Assembly: GCA_963793265.1 (NCBI GenBank)
Contig: CAWBZI010000001.1
Location: 1,440,001 to 1,504,000, forward strand
Source: an uncultured cyanobacterium
GTDB taxonomy: Bacteria; Cyanobacteriota; Cyanobacteriia; Phormidesmidales; Phormidesmidaceae
Direction of reading: 5' to 3'
DNA length: 64,000 nucleotides
The notes below the pieces were generated by a model. The model saw only the letters and a program-made list of their open reading frames with translations, did no database searches and was not told the DNA's origin. The translations under genes were made by a program, and so were the position numbers. Position 1 is the stretch's first letter. Each line of letters opens with the position of its first letter. Below are positions 41,400 to 50,774 of the stretch, in pieces.

Positions 41400-42620
41400 A
41401 TGAGCAATCGAAGCGATCCTTGGAAAGAAGCGAAAGGTTCATCACCTAGTAAAAAGCCTTTTGCTAAAAAGAAGTCTGGTGGTTCAGGCACCTCGAACGC
41501 TTCAAAGTTTGCTGCGCCTCAGTACAAAGGCGTTAAGCAAAAGCCGTTAAAGTCTTCTACCCCTAAGCCAAAGCTCAAAGGGCAACCAATTGATGCGCCT
41601 GTAAGCGCAAAAGCTGAACCCGAGCAAGACTATGAAATTGTGCCGTTAGATAATTCAGCAGCAGTTGAAATTAAGGGTAAGCCGAATATTAGTCAGGGGC
41701 TTATTCCTACGGCAGCACCTGATTTTAAGTCTGGGTTTATCAGCATCGTAGGTCGTCCGAATGTGGGCAAGTCTACGCTGATGAACTATTTGGTGGGTCA
41801 AAAGATTGCGATTACCTCACCCGTCGCACAGACGACGCGAAATCGGCTTCAGGGCATTTTGACGACGCCTCAGGCTCAGATGATTTTTGTCGATACGCCG
41901 GGCATTCATAAGCCGCATCATGAGCTAGGTAAGGTGCTGGTGAAAAATGCCCGTGTGGCGATTAATTCTGTTGATGTGGTGCTGTTTGTTGTCGATGCGA
42001 CTTCGGCAGCAGGTAAGGGCGATTTGTTTGTTGCAGATTTGGTGGCTAAAAGCAGCCGTCCGGTTATTCTTGGCATCAATAAGATAGATCAGCTTAGCGG
42101 CAGCGGTCGTAAGGCGGCGGAGATAAAGGCGAGCTATGAAGCATTGGCCGCAGAGCACGGCTGGGATGTGGTGAAGTTTTCGGCGCTAACGGGTGAAGGG
42201 TTAGATACTTTGCAGCAGCAGCTTGTTGAGCGACTAGAGACGGGGCCTTATTACTATCCGCCAGATTTGGTGACCGATCAGCCTGAGCGATTTATTATGG
42301 GCGAGCTGATTCGGGAACAGGTGTTGTTGCATACGCGCGAGGAAGTGCCGCATTCTGTTGCGATCGCGATAGACAAAGTAGAAGAAGACGAAAAAATCAC
42401 CCGCATCCTTGCGACAGTGAACGTAGAGCGAAAATCGCAAAAAGGCATTCTCATTGGTAAAGGTGGCGCGATGATGAAAGCTATCAATACCGCTGCGCGT
42501 GAGCAAATGCAAAAGCTTGTTGCCGGTCAGGTCTATCTAGAAGTATTTGTACGTGTGCAGTCTCGCTGGCGACAGTCGAGTACTCGCCTAGCTGAGTTTG
42601 GCTATAAAGTAGAACAATAA
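41400..42620 (+). CDS. era: GTPase Era with N-terminal extension
   Basis: GRPNVGKST, QTTRN, DTPG, NKID, EEVPH, KH motif LIGKGG. Confidence 0.96.
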   Translation: MSNRSDPWKEAKGSSPSKKPFAKKKSGGSGTSNASKFAAPQYKGVKQKPLKSSTPKPKLKGQPIDAPVSAKAEPEQDYEIVPLDNSAAVEIKGKPNISQGLIPTAAPDFKSGFISIVGRPNVGKSTLMNYLVGQKIAITSPVAQTTRNRLQGILTTPQAQMIFVDTPGIHKPHHELGKVLVKNARVAINSVDVVLFVVDATSAAGKGDLFVADLVAKSSRPVILGINKIDQLSGSGRKAAEIKASYEALAAEHGWDVVKFSALTGEGLDTLQQQLVERLETGPYYYPPDLVTDQPERFIMGELIREQVLLHTREEVPHSVAIAIDKVEEDEKITRILATVNVERKSQKGILIGKGGAMMKAINTAAREQMQKLVAGQVYLEVFVRVQSRWRQSSTRLAEFGYKVEQ

Positions 42621-42951
42621 ATCAAAGAAGATAGATAGATTAGTAGTTTTAAGAAGCTTATTTAAAGTAAAGAATATTGATTAGAAAGCTCTCTATGCAC
42701 CTGCTGTAGGGAGCCTTTTTATCGTTAAATCTAAGCGGAAAGCGGCTTCTAGCTTTTTAGCAATAAGACAAAACGTGCTTTTGCACTCTCTTTTTGTCAG
42801 AACATTGAACAGTCTTACTTGAGCTTTAGATGAACTCTAAAAGCAAAGGTAAATGCGTTCAACTCGGCAGGGATTTCTTTAGATACGAGATTGGTGACAG
42901 CCTCGCTAAGACAAAATTACCTACTGACTCTTAAAAAGGACTCTACTTTTC

Positions 42952-43761
42952 ATGCTGAATAAAATGAACGCGCTACTGGCCACTGCAGCTTCACTAATCG
43001 CAATCGGTGTAGGAAGCGTTCCTGCTATGGCACTATCAATTACGCCAACTAGCAACGCTAACGATTTACTCAACACCTTGCTAGGAGACACTGCTGGCCT
43101 AAGCAACTTTGCGGTCACTACTACCGGCACAGATACCACAAATGGCTTCGGTACGTTTAGTAACGATACAGTTTTCGGGCTAGGTTCTGGTATTGTTCTT
43201 AGCTCAGGAGATGCATCTGGTGTTGACGGCCCCAATAATCAGACAGGCAACACCACGGGTTCAGGGAGCCGATCTCAACTAAATATTACCTTCGATGCAG
43301 ACGACACAGTAAGCAATCTCTTCTTCGAATACGTCTTTGGTTCTGAAGAGTTTTATGAATTTGCTGGAACCAGTTTTAACGATCTTTTTGAGCTACAGCT
43401 CAATGGCGTCAACCTTGCTCTGTTGCCCAATGGCAATCCAGTGACCATCAACAACCTTGCTACTACATCTGGCCCTATTAATCCTGCGGTTCTAACAACT
43501 AACCCTGGAGATGAAACTCAGCTAGATGCTTTCACTACAAAGCTGATATTTGAAGGCGTATTGAATAAGAATGCTAGCAATACTCTAAGCCTTTTTGTCA
43601 CAGATGTCGGTGATACCGCCCTTGATTCTGCCGTCTTGATTAAGGGCGGGTCAGTAACGACTAAAGACATACCTACGCCTGCTCCGCTACTCGGTCTAAT
43701 TGGTTTGGGGGCTGCGGCTATTCGCAAGCGCAGAGATGAGAGAGAAGCTGCCGAGGCATAG
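42952..43761 (+). CDS. PTPA-CTERM surface protein, choice-of-anchor L-like domain
   Basis: Signal peptide; GIVLSSG, FEYVFGSEEF, VGDTALDSAVLI; C-terminal IPTPAPLLGLIGLGAAAIRKRR. Confidence 0.82.
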   Translation: MLNKMNALLATAASLIAIGVGSVPAMALSITPTSNANDLLNTLLGDTAGLSNFAVTTTGTDTTNGFGTFSNDTVFGLGSGIVLSSGDASGVDGPNNQTGNTTGSGSRSQLNITFDADDTVSNLFFEYVFGSEEFYEFAGTSFNDLFELQLNGVNLALLPNGNPVTINNLATTSGPINPAVLTTNPGDETQLDAFTTKLIFEGVLNKNASNTLSLFVTDVGDTALDSAVLIKGGSVTTKDIPTPAPLLGLIGLGAAAIRKRRDEREAAEA

Positions 43762-43813
43762 GGCGTAAAAGCTGAGTTGCTAGAAGATTTAGATAGGTAA
43801 TTGAGAATTAATT

Positions 43814-43859
43814 AGGCGAGGGCTCTCTGACTGGTAACAGGAGAGCCCTCGCCTTTTTT
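43814..43859 (+). terminator. Intrinsic terminator
   Basis: AGGCGAGGGCTCTC...GAGAGCCCTCGCCT then T-run. Confidence 0.85.
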
Positions 43860-44038
43860 GTATGAGGCTGGCTGTATAAAATTAAGTGCTGTTATGGCGT
43901 GCTAGAGAAAGCCATTTGGAACGAAAATGACAAGAAGACGTTCTAGTCAGCTAGGGTTGCTAAAGACTACTGTGTAGAATTGATACATCATCGCTCTTGT
44001 TTATTAAGCGAATTGGCGAAACGCTTCACGCTCTATCT

Positions 44039-46504
44039 ATGGCTGCTCCATTGCTCAATCATCGCTACCGTATTTTGAAGTCTTTAGCTGAAGGGGGCTT
44101 TGGCAAAACGTTTTTGGCTGAAGACACGCAGATGCCCTCGAAGCGGCAGTGTGTGATTAAGCAGCTCAAGCCGATGAGTGATCGCCCAGCGGTATTTGCT
44201 CTCATTCAGCAGCGCTTTTCTAGAGAGGCAGCAGTGCTAGAAGCGGTAGGCAAAGGCAGCGACCAAATCCCGGATCTGTACGCATACTTCTCAGAAGACA
44301 ATCAGTTCTACCTCGTCCAAGAATGGGTAGAAGGGCAACCCCTGAGCGCTGTGGCTCAAGACACTTGGACCGAAGAACGCGTTAATAAGCTCGTTATCGA
44401 TGCCTTGAAAGCGCTGGCGCATGTGCACCGGCAAAACATCATTCATCGTGATATTAAGCCTGACAATATTATTCTGAGAAAAGCCGATCAGCTACCGTGC
44501 CTAATAGATTTTGGGGCGGTGAAAGAAGTGATGAGCACGGTGCTGAGTGCTTCGGGCTCGCCTAAAACGTCTTTGGTGATTGGAACGCCTGGATTTATGC
44601 CACCGGAGCAGTCGGCAGGACGGCCTACATTTGCCAGTGATATCTATAGTTTGTCGATGACGGCAATTTATCTGCTGACGGGGCGATCGCCCACCGAAAT
44701 CCCTACCGACAGCAGCAACGGACGCCTGCTCTGGCAGCAGTACGCTCCCAACCTCAGCACTCGCTTTGCCAGCATTCTCACTCGTGCCATTCACCCCTAT
44801 CCTCAAACCCGCTACGCCACCGCTAGCGACATGCTCGAAGCCCTAACGACAGCATCACCCACAGTCGTCTCTGAATCAAAAACGACTGCACCGCTAAGAT
44901 CGTCTGCTGCGCCGACAGTGGTGGCTTCTCCTTTGAGCCCAGCGGCTGGTCAGGTTGCTAATTCTCAACCGGGTCAGGCTACGGTCATCAACACGCCTGC
45001 GCCCAGCTCAAAGCGTTCTTCAGCGCTCCCTTGGAAGCGAATCGGTTTGGCAGCAGGTGCGCTGGTTTTAGGAGCAGGCATTATCGCAGGGCTACGGCCT
45101 CAGCTATCGTTTCAAGGCAGCTCATCAGAAGCAACGCTAGAAGACTTTCGAGGGCGAATTGCAACGTTAGAGAGAACCGTGGAGGGCGAGCCTGATAATG
45201 AGTCGGCTCAGGTTGAACTAGCTGAGAACTATGTCGAGGTAGGTGAGTACGATGAAGCGATTTCTCAGCTAGAGCCTTTGCTTGCACAAGCGCCTAACGA
45301 TGCTGCGGCCCTTACTGCTAAAGGCGAAGCTCAGTTTGCAACTGGCGATTACGCAGCCACGATAGAAACCACTACGAGAGCGATAGAACAAGGTGAACCG
45401 AGCGCCAAGACTTATAACCTGCGAGGCGATGCTTATTACGAAACGGGTGAATATGACAAAGCTGTTGACGACTACCGCAGCGCTATTCGCGTAGATCCTG
45501 ATAATGGGTTGGCCTATAGCAACTGGTCTGCTGTCAATGTGGTGAGGGGCAACGGGCAAGAGGCTTTGCAAAATTTGAACTTAGCAGTTGAGAAAGACCC
45601 TGGCTTGATTTCGGGCTTTGTGAATAGAGGCAGTCGTAAGGCTGAGCTAGGCGATAATTTGGGCGCAGCTAAAGACTGGCAGCAGGCGATTTCGCTGCCT
45701 GTGACGACCGCGAATGAGTACGCTAGTAGGGGCTATGCAAAGTCTCGTATGGGTGATAAGAGGGGAGCGATTGATGACTATAATCAGGCGCTAATTATCA
45801 ATCCTAAACTGGCTCGTGGCTATGTGAATCGAGCGGCTGTTTTTTATGAGCAAGGCGAGCAAGCGCAGGCTCTGAGCGAACTAGAAAAAGCGCTCGCGAT
45901 CAATCCTAATTCAGTTAATGCGCTTATCTTTAAAGGAGAGATCAATGCTTTTAAGACAAATCCTGATGCAGGTGCTGCGTTAGCTGCCTATAACAAGGCA
46001 CTTGAGGTCAATCCGAACGATCCTGGCGTACTTAACAACCGCTGCTCTGCATACTTCGCGGCTCAGCAGTTTGATTTGGCGCTGACTGACTGTGACTTAG
46101 GCTTGCAAACCAATCCGCGCAGCGCCGCTCTATACAATGGACGGGGCAATATTCGCTTACAGCAAGAGAATTTTGAGGGTGCTATTCAAGACTACAGTCG
46201 AGCAATTGAGATCTTTAATGCTGAAGGCGCGGAGCAAAGAAATCAGCCTATTTATTCTAATAGGGCTAGTGCCCTTGTGCAGATTGGCGATCTCAACGGT
46301 GCGCTTAGTGATGTCAACAAAGCATTGGAGCTGAAGCCAGATGCGCCTGAGGATTACTACAAGCGCGGGCTGATTAAAGTGACTCAAGAAGATCGAGAAG
46401 GCGGCGCTGCTGATTTGCGCAAGGCGGCCGACTTGTATATTGAGCAAGGGCGCACTGATAGTCACAAAAACGTCATAGCTATGATGGAGCAGTTAGGTCT
46501 TTGA
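44039..46504 (+). CDS. Ser/Thr protein kinase with TM and long TPR array
   Basis: GGFGKT, VIKQL, HRDIKPDN, DFG, GTPGFMPPEQ; TM segment; many TPRs. Confidence 0.93.
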   Translation: MAAPLLNHRYRILKSLAEGGFGKTFLAEDTQMPSKRQCVIKQLKPMSDRPAVFALIQQRFSREAAVLEAVGKGSDQIPDLYAYFSEDNQFYLVQEWVEGQPLSAVAQDTWTEERVNKLVIDALKALAHVHRQNIIHRDIKPDNIILRKADQLPCLIDFGAVKEVMSTVLSASGSPKTSLVIGTPGFMPPEQSAGRPTFASDIYSLSMTAIYLLTGRSPTEIPTDSSNGRLLWQQYAPNLSTRFASILTRAIHPYPQTRYATASDMLEALTTASPTVVSESKTTAPLRSSAAPTVVASPLSPAAGQVANSQPGQATVINTPAPSSKRSSALPWKRIGLAAGALVLGAGIIAGLRPQLSFQGSSSEATLEDFRGRIATLERTVEGEPDNESAQVELAENYVEVGEYDEAISQLEPLLAQAPNDAAALTAKGEAQFATGDYAATIETTTRAIEQGEPSAKTYNLRGDAYYETGEYDKAVDDYRSAIRVDPDNGLAYSNWSAVNVVRGNGQEALQNLNLAVEKDPGLISGFVNRGSRKAELGDNLGAAKDWQQAISLPVTTANEYASRGYAKSRMGDKRGAIDDYNQALIINPKLARGYVNRAAVFYEQGEQAQALSELEKALAINPNSVNALIFKGEINAFKTNPDAGAALAAYNKALEVNPNDPGVLNNRCSAYFAAQQFDLALTDCDLGLQTNPRSAALYNGRGNIRLQQENFEGAIQDYSRAIEIFNAEGAEQRNQPIYSNRASALVQIGDLNGALSDVNKALELKPDAPEDYYKRGLIKVTQEDREGGAADLRKAADLYIEQGRTDSHKNVIAMMEQLGL

Positions 46505-46520
46505 TAGAGAGCATTGAATA

Positions 46521-48221
46521 GTGGCAGGCTTACTCAATCATCGCTATCGAATTTTAAGATCTTTGGCTGAAGGAGGCTTTGGTAAAACCTTTCTGGCCGA
46601 AGACATTCAGATGCCTTCGCGGCGGCGCTGCGTGATTAAGCAGCTTAAATCGGCTAGTTCGGAGCCTGGCATTGCTCAGATTGTGCGCGATCGCTTCGCC
46701 CGAGAAGCTGCCGTCTTAGAATCAGTCAGCAAAGGCAATCCACAGATTCCCGATCTGTACGCTTACTTCTCAGAAGGCAATCAGTTCTACCTCATTCAAG
46801 AATGGGTAGAAGGCACGCCCTTACACCAAACCATTCCGCCTACTTGGTCTGAAGAGAGCGTGGTTAAATTCCTTACAGACGTATTGCCTGCTTTAGATCT
46901 GGTTCATCAGCAGAATATTGTTCATAGAGATATTAAGCCTGAAAATATAATTTTGCGTCAGCGCGATCGGCTACCTTGTCTGATTGATTTTGGCGCAGTA
47001 AAAGAGATGATAAGCACCGTTGTCTCTGCTGGCACTCGCGAAAGTTCTATAGTGATTGGTACGCCTGGGTTTATGCCACCGGAGCAGGCAGCAGGGCGGC
47101 CTACGTTTGCCAGTGATTTGTATAGCTTGTCGATGACGGCGATTTACTTGCTGACTGGGCGATCGCCTCACGAAATTTCAACCGACAGCTACACAGGTCA
47201 GGTGCTATGGCAGCAGTATGCAAACGGGATGAGCGATCGCACCGCCGCCATTCTCACTCGCGCCATCAGCCTCAACCCACAAGATCGCTATCCTACTGCT
47301 GCTGATATGCTATCAGCGTTATCACAAGCCTCTGAATACAAAGCACAGATAGCAGAAACCGTAGTTTCGGCCCAGCCCAGCTTGCTTTCAGCTCGAGTCT
47401 TAGATGCTGACCCTAAGCAAAAAACGAGGATTAGCTGGCGGTATGCGGGTATCGGTAGTGGTGTCTTAGCAGTTGTGGCTTTGATCTGGGGGGGATCTCA
47501 GATTCAGCGGCTTACAGTTGAGCGATCGCAAAGTCCAACAGAAAACTCTTCCACCGTAACCATAGAAAGAAATCAAAAGCAACAACCTTTGGCTGAAGGA
47601 GATTCTATAGCAGAACTCACAGCTTCTATAGAATCGATAGAGAAGACTATCACTGAAGGCTCGGATGCTTTTGATAAGGGAGCGCTAGCGATCAACTATC
47701 TCGATAGAGCTGAAAAACTGTACGCTGAAGGCCGAGAATCACGTGCGCTAACAGACATTAACAGCGCTGTGATGTACGATTCTACTTTAGCCGATGCCTT
47801 TGTCCTTAGAGGTGATATTTACGCTAACCAGTCTCGGCCAGATTTTGAGGGGGCGATCGCTGCCTACACCGAAGCGCTCAACACCCCTGAGCTTCTCGAT
47901 CCGATAGCCGCCAGAATATTTGGCAAGCGATGCCAAACCTACGTGAAGCTTGAGAACTGGGCGCTAGCCGAAGAAAACTGCACCCGAAGCCTGAATCTTA
48001 ATGGCACTAATGCAGGAATCTACGCCGTTCGAGGCGATATCTACGCTGCGCAAAACGAGCTTGAGCAGGCCAATGAGCAGTACAGCATTGCGATAGAAAT
48101 TAATGAAGAAAGCGGTGTTGACGACCGCAGCGTTTACTACCGAAGATCTCAAGTAAGAGAGAAAATGGGAGACGCAGAAGGCGCTTTGTCTGATCTGCAA
48201 TACATCAGAACACCGCAGTAG
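46521..48221 (+). CDS. Ser/Thr protein kinase with TM and short TPR array (tandem paralogue)
   Basis: HRDIKPEN, DFG; TM segment; C-terminal TPRs. Confidence 0.92.
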   Translation: MAGLLNHRYRILRSLAEGGFGKTFLAEDIQMPSRRRCVIKQLKSASSEPGIAQIVRDRFAREAAVLESVSKGNPQIPDLYAYFSEGNQFYLIQEWVEGTPLHQTIPPTWSEESVVKFLTDVLPALDLVHQQNIVHRDIKPENIILRQRDRLPCLIDFGAVKEMISTVVSAGTRESSIVIGTPGFMPPEQAAGRPTFASDLYSLSMTAIYLLTGRSPHEISTDSYTGQVLWQQYANGMSDRTAAILTRAISLNPQDRYPTAADMLSALSQASEYKAQIAETVVSAQPSLLSARVLDADPKQKTRISWRYAGIGSGVLAVVALIWGGSQIQRLTVERSQSPTENSSTVTIERNQKQQPLAEGDSIAELTASIESIEKTITEGSDAFDKGALAINYLDRAEKLYAEGRESRALTDINSAVMYDSTLADAFVLRGDIYANQSRPDFEGAIAAYTEALNTPELLDPIAARIFGKRCQTYVKLENWALAEENCTRSLNLNGTNAGIYAVRGDIYAAQNELEQANEQYSIAIEINEESGVDDRSVYYRRSQVREKMGDAEGALSDLQYIRTPQ

Positions 48222-48300
48222 TTTTTACGCAATAATTTTCTAGATGGGGCACCTTAGTTTCCTTGAGTGCCCCAGTAGAAATCATCCCGATAGAACAACT

Positions 48301-49536
48301 TTAAACCGTGAACTTCTCAGCAATGCGCTTCATCGCTTCTTCCACGTTCTCGCGACTGTTAAAAGCAGAGATACGGAAGTAGCCTTCACCCGCTGCGCCG
48401 AAGCCCGAGCCTGGCGTACCCACGATATTACAAGCATTCAGCAGCTTGTCGAAAAAGTCCCAGCTTGTAAGGCCATCGGGCGTTTTGACCCACACGTAAG
48501 GCGCATTCACACCGCCATAAACCTTTATGCCTGCTGCGGTTAGCTTTTCGCGAACGATGCGAGCATTCTCTAAGTAAAAGCTCACCAGCTCCTTCGTTTG
48601 CTTTTGCCCAGCTTCAGAATAAATTGCCTCTGCTGCTCGCTGCACCACATAAGAAACACCGTTGAACTTTGTAGACTGACGGCGGTTCCACAGCTGCCAA
48701 ATTTCCACATCAGAGCCGTCTTTGGCTTTACCCGTTAAAGACTTAGGCACCACCGTTAGAGCGCAGCGTGTGCCCGTGAATCCTGCATTCTTAGAAAAAG
48801 AGCGAAACTCAATGGCACAGTCTCTAGCACCTTCAATCTCATAGATAGAATGCGGAATACTGTCGTCTGTGATGAACGACTCGTAGGCTGCATCGAACAA
48901 GATAATAGAGCCGTTCGCTTTGGCGTAGTCCACCCAGGCTTTGAGCTGATCTTTGGTCATAGTTGCGCCCGTAGGGTTGTTAGGCGAGCACAAATAAATC
49001 AGGTCAACTTTCTTAGATGGAATCTCCGCTTTAAAGTCATTGTCAGCGCTGATAGGTAAGTAGGTGATGCCTTCGTATTTACCGCTTTCGTCAGCCTCGC
49101 CCGTGTGGCCTGCCATGACGTTAGTGTCTACATAGACGGGGTAAACCGGGTCGGTGACGGCGATGCTGTTGTCGTCACCGAAAATGTCGAGGATGTTACC
49201 GCAATCGCATTTGGAGCCGTCTGAAACGAATATTTCAGAGGCGTCAATGTCACAGCCGCGTGACTGGAAGTCGTTTTTAGCGATCGCCTCTCTTAGCCAC
49301 AGATATCCCTGCTCGGGGCCATAGCCTCTAAAAGATGCGCGATCGCCCATTTCTTCAACCGCTTTAATCATCGCTGACCGGCAAGCCTCAGGTAAGGGCT
49401 CAGTCACATCCCCAATTCCCAGCTTAATCACAGGCGCATCAGGATTCAGATCCGTATACGCCTTCACCCGGCGACCGATTTCAGGAAACAAGTAGCCCGC
49501 TTTCAGCTTCAGATAGTTGTCGTTAATCGTAGTCAT
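48301..49536 (-). CDS. dapL: LL-diaminopimelate aminotransferase
   Basis: [38 protein letters not shown]. Confidence 0.96.
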   Translation of the reverse strand: MTTINDNYLKLKAGYLFPEIGRRVKAYTDLNPDAPVIKLGIGDVTEPLPEACRSAMIKAVEEMGDRASFRGYGPEQGYLWLREAIAKNDFQSRGCDIDASEIFVSDGSKCDCGNILDIFGDDNSIAVTDPVYPVYVDTNVMAGHTGEADESGKYEGITYLPISADNDFKAEIPSKKVDLIYLCSPNNPTGATMTKDQLKAWVDYAKANGSIILFDAAYESFITDDSIPHSIYEIEGARDCAIEFRSFSKNAGFTGTRCALTVVPKSLTGKAKDGSDVEIWQLWNRRQSTKFNGVSYVVQRAAEAIYSEAGQKQTKELVSFYLENARIVREKLTAAGIKVYGGVNAPYVWVKTPDGLTSWDFFDKLLNACNIVGTPGSGFGAAGEGYFRISAFNSRENVEEAMKRIAEKFTV

Positions 49537-49643
49537 AGATATTTCGTAGGTCGTCGGTGAGTCGATACAGATCTTATCAGGCCCGCAGTGTAGATTATTC
49601 TGAAACCATCACCTGATTACCATCGATACTGTCGATTTGCGCT

Positions 49644-50267
49644 ATGTCTCTTTCTGGGCTTTCCTCTGCATCCCTCCATACCCGCACCTGCTGGATTTTT
49701 GACATGGACGGCACGTTGACCGAAAGCCTCCACGACTTTCCTGCTATTAGCCGAACCTTGGGCCTTCCGCCTAATGAACCTATCCTCGAAGCCCTCGATC
49801 GCCTAACACCTGCCGAAGCGGCTAAATGCAACCAGCAGCTCGCCGAAATTGAGCTAGATATTGCCAGGCAAGCAACGCCACAGCCCGGTGCTTACGACCT
49901 GCTCAGCGAGTTGAAAAGTCAGGGCAAGCGCGTAGGCATTTTGACTCGCAATACAAAAGACATCGCTCACGAGACGCTGATTGCCTGTGACTTAGCTGGG
50001 TTCTTCGCTGCTGCCGATATTCTCGGTCGTACCTGCTGCGCGCCTAAACCTAAACCCGATGGCATTCTCAAGCTACTAACGGCCTGGTCAGCGACGCCTG
50101 CTGAAGCTGTGATGACGGGCGACCACAAGTTTGACCTGCTAGCCGGGCGCAATGCCAAAGCCGCTGCTGTCTACTTAGACCCTCAAGGCAATTTCGTTTG
50201 GCGTGACTATGCTGACTACGCCGTTACTAGCCTAGAGAGCCTGCGACAGCTCAACGCTACGGCCTAA
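49644..50267 (+). CDS. HAD family hydrolase
   Basis: FDMDGTL, ILTRN, KPKPDG, GDHKFD. Confidence 0.9.
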   Translation: MSLSGLSSASLHTRTCWIFDMDGTLTESLHDFPAISRTLGLPPNEPILEALDRLTPAEAAKCNQQLAEIELDIARQATPQPGAYDLLSELKSQGKRVGILTRNTKDIAHETLIACDLAGFFAAADILGRTCCAPKPKPDGILKLLTAWSATPAEAVMTGDHKFDLLAGRNAKAAAVYLDPQGNFVWRDYADYAVTSLESLRQLNATA

Positions 50268-50360
50268 GCGGCTTAACTATCAGGACAAACCAAACCGAAT
50301 AAATACTTAAGTTATCAAGCTGATTAGTCTGTGAAGTATAAATACTCATTGACTTTTCAA

Positions 50361-50390
50361 TTGACAGGTGTAGAAGCGTTCCGTTACATT
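50361..50390 (+). promoter_or_regulatory. Sigma70-type promoter for the small protein gene
   Basis: TTGACA-N18-TACATT. Confidence 0.55.
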
Positions 50391-50524
50391 TATTAATGTA
50401 GATTCTGATGCGTACCTTACTTTAGTCGGACTCACTTACGACGCGCGATTCTGACCCAAGGCGGTATCACTACCTACTGGTTACACTGTCCGACTGACTG
50501 TTTCGACTTAAGGAATCTTGTTAA

Positions 50525-50689
50525 ATGGCTATTGTTCTTGCTTTGATGATTGTTGGCTGGCTCGTTGCGTTTGCGCTAGGCTCGCAGGCCGGGTTCAGCG
50601 ATCAGCCAGAAGCCAAGCCCGCTCCTACTCAAATTGCAACCGCTGAAGCCCCTACAGCTACCTACCGCAAGCCCGCTTCCGTTGCTTAG
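50525..50689 (+). CDS. 54-aa single-TM small protein (not in ORF track)
   Basis: MAIVLALMIVGWLVAFALGSQAGFSDQPEAKPAPTQIATAEAPTATYRKPASVA; AAGGA SD, upstream promoter, downstream terminator. Confidence 0.8.
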   Translation: MAIVLALMIVGWLVAFALGSQAGFSDQPEAKPAPTQIATAEAPTATYRKPASVA

Positions 50690-50724
50690 TTCTTAAGCCT
50701 TCTTATTTCTAAATACGCAAGCGT

Positions 50725-50762
50725 AAGCGCTACAGGATCGGTTCTTGTGGTGCTTTTGTTTT
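50725..50762 (+). terminator. Intrinsic terminator after the small ORF
   Basis: AAGCGCTACAGGA...TCTTGTGGTGCTT with G-U pairs valid on the + strand, then a T-rich tail. Confidence 0.65.
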
Positions 50763-50774
50763 GAATTTCTGTGG

